64,000 bases of DNA from Podarcis liolepis (taxonomy: Eukaryota): the NCBI GenBank assembly GCA_965112155.1, contig OZ218110.1. One strand, given 5' to 3'. The position numbers and the translations under genes are program-made. Of this stretch, positions 1-12,548 are shown piece after piece; position 1 is the stretch's first letter; each line of letters starts with the position of its first letter. The notes under the pieces were generated by a model, which saw only the letters and a program-made list of their open reading frames with translations, did no database searches and was not told the origin of the DNA.

Positions 1-2850
1 TGTCCCGGTGCTTAATGAAAATCCAAAGCACCAAAGCTGTAAGGAAGGACAAGGAAACAGAAAAGCAGGCCAAAGAGATCCCCAGGGGTTCTCCATAAGA
101 CAAGAAATGGATGTCCTTTGCCACGCATGAATCCTTTTCCACGTTTGGGTAATGATCCGGTGGGCATTGAAAGCATTCATCCATGTCTGGAAAAGAGAAG
201 CTGTAGGAGCACCACTATATGCATAATACTAAAATGATCAAAATGAAAACAACAAACCTTAAATAAGGGTTGCCTGCTTGAAATCTGAAAAACAATTTGC
301 CACACTTCTCATGTAATTATATTATTAGCAACATGCCGTATTCAATTCCCACCCACTCCCAGTCAGGTCAGGATGCTAGCAGATTTTACTTGTTCACATT
401 TTTAAACATCCCAACATGATTTGAACTTCCCATTCTAATATGTCGACTGGAGCAAGGTTGTATTTCAGTTTTATCACATCTCCAAATTGTGAAAAATGGT
501 TCTTGGGTCTTGTTTTTTAAGAGAGAGAGGCTGTTGCACCGTTAGCTTTCCCCTGAAGTTCTTTCATATTTCTGAAGGTTTCTGGTTTTTTCCGTTTATG
601 ATACCTCCTTCGTTTGATTAATTAAAAGCTGTCAATGGCTTGGACTGATATCATTGAATATATCAGGCTGTATCCCCATATCAGGAACCACAACCTTCAC
701 TGAATTCTGAACAACTTTCCTGAATTTTCTGAACAACTGAACACCACAAGGGAATTGTGTGTCTGAATATATTTCTATATTTTAAAGGCTCTATACATGA
801 TGTCTCTTACCTGTCTGGTTGGAAATCTTCCCTTCTGAACATAAGACGCAATCATAGCAGCAAAATGGTTTCCCTTCCTTCTTTGTTTTTTGATAACCCA
901 AAGGACAATTGGCATTACAAAGAGAAAGAGGCTGTGCCTGTCCGCAAATGAAAGAGGATCATGGGGGGTTTTTTTGGTGTTGTTGTTGTTGTTTTTTGCA
1001 ATATTGTGTATCCACAATGTATACTTGCTGAACAATCTCCTTGAACTGTTGCATTACCAGCACCAAAGCTGGGCAGTGTATATGGAGGTCCTGGGTTACC
1101 CAGACAAAAGGACATCCTTCTTGACCTCACTGATGTGGTCCAAAGGAAAGCAAATCAATATGTCACAGATTTGGGTAGGGAAAGGAAACCAGCAAGCCCC
1201 GTTGTGATAAAAGGAATCCTTAGGCTGCCTTCCCCTACATGAATATGACCCTCTGTAAATATATCAAGTTTTACTTTTTTTCTCGGGTGGTAAATTTGGT
1301 GATTGTAGTGCAAGAGTGGATTTAATGAGTGTCACTTAATTGGCAAAACATGGAAGACCTCTACAGCTATGCCCTCACTCCTATACTAAGCACATGGATG
1401 AGCATAGCACAGAGCTAGGTCAGTATCTGAACTGTGAATCGTTGTAGAAGTGATGGATAGGCTACAAAATATGAATTTATCTCACCTGGTTAAACCTGCT
1501 GGGCCACATAATGGCTTCTTCACAAATGCTAAATGCTTCTTCTTTGGGAGCCATGGTGTCAATCTTTCCAACTTTCACCCTCCGAAAGGACTGGTTTGGA
1601 AATGTGACCCAGTTTATAATATCAAATCCAGACTCTAACTCTCCATTTTGGTTGAAGGAAACTTGTCCCCCAGCACTATTATTAAATGAGATGCTTTTAA
1701 CAAAGTGGTTGAGCTGTTTGGGGGGGCGTAGAACATATAGAATCAGAGAGAATATTAAAAGAAAGCAAATTCATAAGAATATACAAAAGGCTGGTGATCA
1801 TTTGCAATAGATTACTAACCTCTTTAAAAGCTTTATACAAAGGAAGAATGGATAGGGAGAGAGGAAGATCCCGATTGGCCACCTTGAACTTATTGCAGGA
1901 ACGTTGAGAGATACAGAACGTTGACAGATACAGTAATAAACTACACTAATAAAATATAACAGTAGTACTAATGAAGGAAGTGACTGGGCAGCAGTGGAGC
2001 AGGTCAGAATGGTATAGCAACTTCTACATTTATAACTGTGATGTGGTGGAAGGTTGAAGCAGAAAAAAATCCTGCTCCGTGCTTATTATTCTGAGCTTTT
2101 GGACTTTCCAGAGAATCTCGATTCTCTGTTTATTCATTTGCTTCTGGTGAGCAATGGAGATTAGACATGGAAGAATTTGGATTTCTATGGCTATTAGCCA
2201 CAATGACTTTATACTTGCTCCAGAAAAAGGGGCGTCGTACCTCTGAATACCAGACCGTTGGAAGTGGACTACTCCCATAGTCCAGACTGAGCACTTGCAA
2301 CAGGTATCAAGTTGGCTACCTTGGGAAACCTTTGGCCTGATCCATCATCATTTGTACTCCACTTTTAGCACGCTCGGGACATTCCCATCCACAACTGCTC
2401 ATTCTGAAATGTTATTCCTTCATCCACTGTCATTCTGCCTTTGAGACTAGATGGGTGCATGGCATGCAAAGTATGTCCAACCACATAGACTTCTATACAG
2501 ACGTTGTAGTTGTAGGTGCGTGACCGACAGGTATTGGCCATGTTTGCTGGGAATATGGGTGTTGCAGTTCAGAAACATCTGGAAGACTGAAGGTTCCCCA
2601 TCCCCTTAGGACCAGTAATTGATGTAATAGAAGTCACTGAGCACTTCATCACCATCATCTTCTTTTGACGAAAGAGGATGCTGGACTAGATGGGACAATG
2701 TCGTGGTCCAGCAATATCTTATTATGGTAAGTGAATGCTGTAAAACTACCTCCTGTAATCTCTCTTTCTCAGCATACATATAGGCATTTCATTTCAGTAA
2801 GGTTTTTTTTTTAATATGCTCTTTTAATATGATCTCTTTTCAAGAAGAAC

Positions 2851-2899
<49 letters not shown>

Positions 2900-5800
2900 C
2901 TTCTGAAGAAGCTGCCATTTGGCCTTAACTGGAAACTCCTGGCATAATCTCCTATTAGTAAAATGAAAGGCCTAACCCCATTCAGTATGAGTCAGTCACA
3001 GTCCTGAGTGAGGTCCCTGGAACAAATTCACACAAGAGTGAGCTATGTTTTCAATGTCACATGTAATTTGGTCTTTAGATGCTAACCACCCTTGGTAGAA
3101 ACAGAAACCTTTCAAACACTCTGGATACTTTCTTTTTATTGTTATTTCCAGGGCTATGGTGAACATTCCTGCATTATTGTGCTCATGATATTACCTTCCA
3201 CATCTGTTTATTCCAAAGCTTCATCCACCCTTCATCCACCCTGCGCTTCAACTTAGATGAATGCATGGCATGCACAGCGTGTGCCACAGCATAGACTGCA
3301 TTGTAGATGCTATAGCTGTGGCCAGTCATGCTTGTTGGAAAAATAGAGCCAGGAAGAGTCTCCAGCTTCTCCTCCCCAGTGCATATATCACCATCCTGCG
3401 TATTTCCCTCAGAGTCAGGGAAATGACACTGAAATGCCTTTTCCCAGTATATCCTCATAAAGCCATCTTCTTTTTCCAAGATGGGATTTCTCTTCTGAAC
3501 AAATTCCTGGAATCCCAAAACGTTCTTTGAGTGAATTGTGAATGATAGAGTACCATGGAGGAAGTCTATGTCCTGATCTCTCTGATAGGGAAGTGATGTG
3601 AAATCCATCTGTACTGTCATAACCCAAACTTTCCCTTTAGCCTTTATTGGTATATCTTCATATTCTGACATAACAGGAAGCATTCTCAAAAGTGTCATGG
3701 AATCAATTTCCCCATGAATGATCAACACGTTAACAGTACTTCTCATTGCAACATTAAATGTCTTGAACCCATCTGCAACCAAGTCCGTAATACCATTAGT
3801 ATATGAAATTGATGGAAATCTTCCTATGAAATCAAAGCAGATTCCTCTCAGAATAAATTTTGGAATCACGCTCTGTAGAAACCTCTCTCCATTCTCATTA
3901 TCTGCAATCACCACACCAGTCCAGAGCCATCTGAAGTGTAGCAGTAACTTGAGAATCCCTTCATATTGATGGTCTATATTTGGGAACATTTGGTTAAGGA
4001 AAGCAACTTCAGTTTTAATATTTCTCATTGGAGCAGGACCATAGATGAGCTAAATCAAAGACAGGAAATGAGGAGATGAGAAATTTTGTTTAGGTGTACA
4101 GTGGTTTTCTATGTTAACTTGTATTGACTGCAGTGAAAATACAATCTAGATTTCAGATTTTGTTTTGAGGGAGTACTGCTGACATGGGATCTTGTCCAGG
4201 TTCTCCTCAAACATCCTGAAGCTTAAGAGAACATTAAAGAATGAGCAATCCACTAAACACAGAAAAATGTTCTCACCAGTGAAATTGTAGTAGCACAAAG
4301 TATGTGCTGGTTGAGGGTTGTGGCAATCTGCTCAAGCAATAATGCTCAGTTACCTTTCATGGCAGTGCCATGTCTTACATTACACTGGCCAAACAGGACT
4401 TCCACCATATTCCATTGTAGGATGAGAACTCCCATCATCTATGAGCACGTTGCCCTTGCTGGCTGGGGCTGGTGAAAGTTGGATTTCAATAACATCTGCA
4501 GGACACCTTACTGTAGTCCCTAAGGCAGCTTATTTCAATTAGTTATATGAAGATATCTATCCAGCTCCTCACCATTTATTTCCAAGTCAGTTAATAACAT
4601 TCTATATTCAGCAACAAGGAGAAAAAGCAAATGAAAAAGTACTGACAAAGGATCAACACAGTAACAGTTGCGACGTGGCAACTGATCATCGGTGCTTGCA
4701 AAGCACCATCATTTTGGCTGAAAAGAAGATCTAATTGTCTGGGTAGTTTTCTATCAGGAGAGGTGCTCTGAGAGAATGATACCTGTGGAATCTTGTAGTT
4801 GCTCAGTATACTTGCCATATGAAGACAAACCTCAGAGTTCGGATCTCCAATGACTGCTGCTAGTTCATTCTGGGAGTCACACTTGTAGTTTGGAATGAAT
4901 CTGCAGTATGTAGAGAGGAGTTCCAAGGAGGAACGGTAGGTCCAGCTTGCACTAAAATGGCTGTTATAGATGTGGAAGCCCAGGGTGAGGTTGGGTAAGA
5001 TTTGGAGGTTTGCATTGATCTCTTTTACAGCAAATGCTAATGCCAGGATATGTTGGTAGAGCTGTGTCATAACCCTGAAATGAGAGTAACATGCTGTAAC
5101 AGAGTGTGTTTCCTTTTGGATAGGACAATTTCTACACCTCAGCTGCACCAATACTATCTTACTGATCAATCTGAATTCAGGTAAATCAGGAGGAATATTA
5201 ACATGCACAAGTTCCAGCTCTAAACTATGGTCTTTAATCTAGTTATTTTTAAATTAAATTTCTATACAGGTGTTCATCCAAGGATTATAGGGCACTTTAA
5301 AACATAAAAACACAGAAATCCATAAGGCTCCTCAAGAAATGTAACAAAGACACAAGGTGAGCCTCCCTTAGCAGAGTATTCTACAAAGAGGGGCCACTGC
5401 AGAAAAAGGCCCTGAACCTCTTGTGAAGGGGGCACACAAAGAAATTCCTCAGATGATGATCACATGGTCTCGCTTAGTTCATATGGGGCATGGCAGTTTT
5501 TTTAGGTATTGCAGTCCTGAAACTGTTAAGGCTCACTTGAGTGATTTGTACCCCACCAATCTGAGTTACGAGGTACAAATAATAATGTCGCTTAGCTCAA
5601 GACCTGTCTCTCCCAAACTCTGCACATTGTGGCAGATTCTGGGCTTGAAATGCTCCTTAAGCTGCTGATATCATGGCTGCCGCAACTAAAAAGATAACAG
5701 ATGATGATTAATATGTGCAACTATTTGCCAAAGACAGAGAAAGCTGTCCTTCTCTCATTCACTGGATCTACCACTGATCTATGGGCCTGGCACTCCTAGG

Positions 5801-6117
5801 GAAAATTAATATCAGATATGGTACCAGAGGTTTTTACAAAACAAATCTTACACAATATCGTCAAAGAGGTCAGTAGAAGGACATTTATCAAAGTCTATTG
5901 AGTTGAATAGTATGGAGATCTGAGACATAATAGCAGCAACGATGAGGTCTCCTGGTTGGTAATATTTGTGAAGAAAAGGAAGGGGACTGCAGATGCTGCA
6001 CTTAGTGTTAGGAATCTTGCACATCACCTGAAGCAGAAGCACTGATGGCAATAATACAAATCCAACTATCTTGCAGGAAATAATTCCTCTTCTACATAAA
6101 TTCTCCTGTCCCCACAT
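1..6117 (-). CDS. Vomeronasal type-2 receptor gene A, partial at window edge. Exons: 6117-5852, 5074-4783, 4049-3195, 1713-1486, 937-811, 186-<1
   Basis: GT-AG junctions read directly; exon lengths 266/292/855/228/127 keep frame. Motifs: hydrophobic N-terminus, [15 protein letters not shown]...[26 protein letters not shown] (Venus flytrap), CNANC...CCYDC (cysteine-rich domain), MDECFQC...SYGEPLG. Confidence 0.93.
2853..2895. repeat. (GA)n microsatellite; paralogous site is shorter in B (~12996) and (GGGA)n in C (28132-28208)
   Basis: Direct inspection. Confidence 0.95.
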
Positions 6118-7082
6118 TATCTCTCAGTAAGTCCTTTGCTGTGTTGGGCAGCTTAACGTAAGTCCACACTACACTGATTTGTGAGTCAGATTGTGCAGTG
6201 TAAAGCATCTGTTATCAGCCTGAACAATCTCTGACTATCTCTTGTTACACCTTGGAATTGTACCAGCGATATTCACAGCACCCTCCTATCTTCATTGATA
6301 ATAATGCAACTCATATTTGTAAATCCCTTGATATGTGGAAACAAAGCTTCCATGCTTAATTTCATAATTACAGGGAGGATAATAATATCATTGAGATTTA
6401 CAGGCACTTAGATGTGATAGCTGCAATCATCCAGCTCATGTGATCATCCAATTGTGTTATGGGAATTAATGGTCCCAGATAGTGCCATTTGCAGCAGGAA
6501 ACTAGGTGGATGTAACTATAGTAGTTAGGAGCAGATGATATTTATATTCTCGACATTGTACAAGCAGGAACCTTTGAGCAAATACCATGCTAGATGCATT
6601 ATACTTGAAAGTGAAGTTACTCAGCTTGCTCTGTGCAGGTCTCACTGGTATTCACAAACTGCCAGATTAATATGATGATGTCAGAAATCCCCTTGAAAAA
6701 ATGATGTTTGTGGAGGGAGTTAAATGGCGTTGAAAACCAGCCTTAAGTTTGTTTTCTCTGCAGTCCTGAATTCTGTTCATTTGTTTTTGTTGTGGGCTTT
6801 TTAAATAAATTTATTTATTTTTAAAATATTCAAATTAACAAACAATCCTCAAACAACAAAAGGGGGGGGGGAGGTATTCCATAAATCCCCATGAACCTCT
6901 ATCCGCCCCGTTGTTGGATCCTTTATTAACTTTTTTCTCCACATTTTCTCTGTTGGACTTCTGTTCATTTGTAATGAAATACCCAGAGAGCAAGGAGCAA
7001 CTCGTCATCCCAGCTGACCCTCCACTCTTCCCATGCTACATGTTGACCATCTTATAATGTCTACCAGAGACTATTCATGTCA

Positions 7083-7320
7083 GCCAGTGTGGTGTAGTGG
7101 TTAAGAGCGGTAGTCTCGTATTCTGGGGAACCGGGTTCATGTCTCCACTCCTCCACATGCAGCTGCTGGGTGACCTTGGGCCAGTCACACTTCTATGAAG
7201 TCTCTCAGCCCCACTCACCTCACAGAGTGTTTGTTGTGGGGAAGGAAGGGAAAGGAGACTGTGAGCCGCTTTGAGACTCCTGAAGGGGAGTGAAAGGCAG
7301 GATATCAAATCCAAACTCTC
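7083..7320 (+). mobile_element. tRNA-derived SINE (Squam3-like)
   Basis: A-box TGGTGTAGTGGTT, B-box-like GGGTTC, LINE-like tail ...GATATCAAATCCAAACTCT. Duplicated together with its flanks at 19763. Confidence 0.8.
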
Positions 7321-8814
7321 ATTCCCTGCCCAGAACTGTATTGCAGAAACTTTCAAGTTCACTTAAGATGAGTTTGGCTTCACTGGACCTTAAGGCCCTA
7401 GACTGGTAAGCTTAACATCTGTCCTGGGAAGAAAGACTGAAATACAGGTCAATCATTCATTAGTATTTTTATTTATACACTGCACTTACGCTGAAAGCAT
7501 CTTACTCCAAGTAGCTAACAACAAGAATACAGGAAGACATCTCAAAATCAACAGGGTCAAGAACAATTTCATAATAAAAGAACAGCAAAATAGCAAATAT
7601 AACAACATAGAAAAAGGAATAGTTTAGTGTAAGAAATATAGCAAGATGACATTAAAGCATCACACCTCTTGGAAACAGCGAAAATAACCACTAATCCAAC
7701 CACAACACCCTGCTGACTATATGGTGGCTGTAATAAATTATGTAGATTCAGTATCATACAAGCCGGAGCATTATACGCAAGCTTTGCTCCACAACCAGGC
7801 CATTCGGGGGAAGAACACAAGATGGAATGCTTTGCTAGATGAAATGCACTCACCAGCAGAGCTAAACAGGTTGCTGAGTGCAGACCTTACTGTCCTTCAT
7901 GCAATGAGAACAGGGCTTGGGAATTCCAGATCTGGGAGCTGAATATGATGCTGATATTTGGAATTCTTCCCAGTTGAAAACCATTACTACCCAGCTCCAC
8001 ACCCAGAGTTTTCCCCCTCACTGGAATATGTCCCTGAACTCTAGTAATGCTCCTTACATGACTTGTGAGTGTGTGCAGATACTAGTGTACTGTACAAATG
8101 CAAAACTTACATGTGTTGCTGCTCACTCTTTTGCCTCTGCCCCCATGTGTGACAGGCAGGTGGATGGCTGCTCCGGAACTTTTTCTCATTTCCTTTTGTA
8201 AAAGGTTCGATCTCCTGCTCCCCCAATTTGAACTCTAAATTTGTCCTAGGTTCTCCCTCCCCCGACACTCTGGAGCAAATATTGGGAGGGTATGAGGCCC
8301 ACCCAGGGTGAGGAGAAGGGAGAAAATCCATTAAGCTTGCACTCATGGGATGAAGCAGTTGGATACAACACACAGAGTTGGGGCAGGAGGTTTCTGGAGT
8401 TGGGAATCTCCACAGAACAACTAGCCAAATGATATTGCCCATTTTCATATAGGCAGACAAAATAAATTTCCCACAAATCCTGGGCTCTGTATAACTTGGA
8501 TGTATTGTTTGTACTGTTGCATTCAGGAAATAAATAGCTATACTGTGACATTTAAAATGGAAGGGTAGAGCTTATATTCTTGGGTTGGCTATATGTTGTT
8601 TGGCTGCCGGATGTGGGGGGGGGGAATAATTAATTAACATGGTTCCTATATTCAATCCATATCTTGCAATATATATGTACTGCCTAATGAGGGAATAAAG
8701 GAAGAAAATGTAATCTAAACTGAAATCCAGTTGAACTAATCAGTTGTGGATGACTTAAATCCCTTTGCGTAGATTCAAATTAAGATGGAGCAGGGCCATA
8801 GAATTGTAGGTGCT

Positions 8815-11800
8815 TCACTGATTTCTTCTTCTTAACTGGTCCTTGTTGTTCAGCTCTGGCTTCATCACAATAATATAACATTTTGGGGAAAATATACAAC
8901 CTAGTAAACCAGCACTGGAGGCCAAGATGGAGAAAATCTCCACAGCCACCATATATTTTCCTTTTGTGCTTAAATAAGTTGGAACAAAGGAGAGCCACAC
9001 ACTGCAAAATACCAACATACTGAAGGTGATAAACTTGGCTTCATTAAAGCTGTCAGGTAACTTCCTGGCTAGGAAGGCTACAGAGAAGCTGACAATGGCC
9101 AGCAAGCCCATAAACCCCAAGACACAGTAGAACATGGTGACTGACCCTTCATTACATTCCAGAACAATTTCTTTACTCATTGAGTTCATGTCTATAGCTG
9201 GGAATGGGGGAGAGGTTGCCAGCCACACAGTACAAAAAGCAGCTTGAATCAAGGAACAGGAAAGAATAATGGAAGTGGCCTGCTGTTTCCCCACCCATTT
9301 CCTCATGCTGGACCCTGGTTTGGTGACCATGAAAGCAAGGACCACAATGATTGTCTTGGTCAACACACAAGAAACTGCCACTGAAAAGATGATGCCAAAA
9401 GCTGTTTGTCGAAGGAGACATGTCACTTTCTCAGGTCGACCGATGAATAGAAGAGCACAAAGGAAAGCAAGCAAGAGAGAGATGAGGAGAGTGTAGGAGA
9501 GGTTGCGGTTGTTGGCTTTGACAATGGGAGTGTCCCGGTGCTTAATGAAAATCCAAAGCACCGAAGCTGTAAGGAAAGACGAGGAAACAGAAAAGCAGGC
9601 CAAAGAGATCCCCAGTGGTTCTCCATAAGACAAGAAATGGATGACCTTTGGCACGCATGAATCCTTTTCCACGTTTGGGTAATGATCCGGTGGGCATTGA
9701 AAGCATTCATCCATGTCTGAAAAAGAGAAGCTGTGGGAGCACCACTACATGCATAATACTAAAATGATCAAAATGATAACAACAAAACTTAAAGAATGGC
9801 TGCCTGCTTGAAATTTGAAAAACAATTTGCCACACTTCTCATGTAATTATATTATTAGCAACATGCCGTATTCAATTCCCACCCACTCCCAGTTGTTAGG
9901 ACCTAATTCGACTTCAGAAGCTCAATGTTATCACTTACGGTCAGGATGCTAGCAGATTTTACTTGTTCACATTTTAAAACATCCCAACATGATTTGAACT
10001 TCCCATTCTAATATGTCGACTGGAGCAAGGTTGTATTTCAGTTTTATCACATCTCCAAATTGTGAAAAATGGTTCTTGGGTCTTGTTTTTTAAGAGAGAG
10101 AGGCTGTTGCACCGTTAGCTTTCCCCTGAAGTTCTTTCATATTTCTGAAGGTTTCTGTTTTTTTCCGTTTGTGATACCTCCTTCGTTTGATTAATTAAAA
10201 GCTGTCAATGGCTTGGACTGATATCATTGAATATATCAGGCTGTATCCCCATATCAGGAACCACAACCTTCACCGAATTCTGAACAACTTTCCTGAATTT
10301 TCTGAACAACTGAACACCACAAGGGAATTGTGTGTCTGAATATCTTTCTATATTTTAAAGGCTCTATACATGATGTCTCTTACCTGTCTGGTTGGAAATC
10401 TTCCCTTCTGAACATAAGACGCAATCATAGCAGCAAAATGGTTTCCCTTCCTTCTTTGTTTTTTGATAACCCAAAGGACAATTGGCATTACAAAGAGAAA
10501 GAGGCTGTGCCTGTCCGCAAATGAAAGAGGATCATGGTTTGGGTTTTTTTTTGTTTTTTGCAATATTGTGTATCCACAATGTATACTTGCTGAACAATCT
10601 CTTTGAACTGTTGCATTACCAGCACCAAAGCTGGGCAGTGTATATGGAGGTCCTGGGTTGCCCAGACAAAAAGACATCCTTCTTGACCTCACTGATGTGG
10701 TCCAAAGGAAAGCAGAGCAATATGTCACATATTGGGGTAGGGAAAAGAAACCAGCAAGCCCCGTTGTGATAAAAGGAATCCTTAGGCTGCCTTCCCCTAC
10801 ATGAATATGACCCTCTGTAAATATATCAAGTTTTACTTTTTTTTCGGGTGGTAAATTTGGTGATTGTAGTGCAGGAGTGGATTTAATGAGTGTCACTTAA
10901 TTGGCAAAACATGGAAGACTTCTACAGCTATGCCCTCACTCCTATACTAAGCCCATGGATATACAAAGCACAGAGCTAGGTCAGTATCTGACCTGCGAAT
11001 TGTTGTAGAAGTGATGGATAGGCTACAAAATATGAATTTATCTCACCTGGTTAAACCTGCTGGGCCACATAATGGCTTCTTCACATATGCTAAATGCTTC
11101 TTCTTTGGGAGCCATGGGGTCGATCTTTCCAACTTTCACCCTCCGAAAGGACTGGTTTGGAAATGTGACCCAGTTTATAATATCAAATCCAGACTCTAAC
11201 TCTCCATTTTGGTTGAAGGAAACTTTCCCCCCAGCACTATTATTAAATGAGATGCTTTTAATAAAGTGGTTGAGCTGTTTGGGGAGAAAGAATAGATAGA
11301 ATCAGAGAGAAGTTAAAAGAAAGCAAATTCATAAGAATATACAAAAGGCTGGTGATCATTTGCAATTGATTACTAACCTCTTTAAAAGCTTTATACAAAG
11401 GAAGAATGGATACGGAGAGAGGAAGAGCCTGATTGGCCACCTTGAACTTATTGCAGGAACGTTGAGAGATACGGAGAACAATAAACAGATAGAGTAATAA
11501 ACTACACTAATAAAATGTAACAGTGGTACTAATGAAGGAAGTGACTGGGCAGCAGTGGAGCAGGTCAGAATGGTATAGGAACTTCTACATTTATAACTGT
11601 GATGTGGTGGAAGGTTGAAGCAGGAAAAAATCCTGCTCCATGATTATTATTCTGAGCTTTTGGACTTTCCAGAGAATCTCGATTCTCTGTTTATTCGTTT
11701 GCTTCTGGTGAGCAGTGGAGATTAGACATGGAAGAATTTGGATTTCTATGGCTATTAGCCACAATGACTTTATACTTGCTCCAGAAAAATGGGCGTCTTA

Positions 11801-12499
11801 CCTCTGAACACCAGACTGTTGGGAGTGGACTACTCCCATAATGTCCAGACTGAGCACTTGCAACAGGTATCAAGTTGGCTACCTTGGGAAACCTTTGGCC
11901 CGATCCATCATCATTTCTACTCCACTTTTAGCACGCTCGGGACATTCCTGTCCACAACTGCTCATTCTGTAATGTTATTCCTTCATCCACTGTCATTCTG
12001 CCTTTGAGACTAGATGGGTGCATGGCATGCACAGTATGTCCAACCACATAGACTTCTATATAGACATTGTAGTTGTAGGGTGCGTGACCAACAGGTATTG
12101 GCTATGTTTGCTGGGAATATGGGTGTTGCAGTTCAGAAACATCTGGAAGGCTGAAGGTTCCCCATCCCCTTAGGACTAGAGACAGAAGTATTTCCATGAC
12201 ACTTCTTTTGCAAAATGGCCTGCAAAAATGTGCCTGGAGTCAAAGCTGGTTAAACCTGCTGGGCTATAAAATGGCATCCTCATGAATGGTGAACTCTTTG
12301 CTCAGGGGTTCTCGTGGGTCTATTCCTCCAACTCTCACTCTAAGAATGGACTGGTTTTGGAATGTCACCCAGTTTATGATATCAAATGCAGCCTTTAGTT
12401 CTCCATGTTGGTTTAATTAAACTTTTCCCAAAGCACTATTATTAAGGAAGTTATTTTTCACCACGCAGCTGAGCTACATTTGGCAGGGGGAATGATGGG

Positions 12500-12548
<49 letters not shown>

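Noticed and set aside
757-1882. Short ORFs repeated in each paralog (e.g. MCLNIF..., MMDRLQ..., MASSQM...)
   Set aside because: Antisense or off-frame readings of V2R exons 4-5; they recur only because the genes are duplicated.
7083-7160. tRNA gene
   Set aside because: The tRNA-like head continues into a SINE body and tail; no complete cloverleaf seen.
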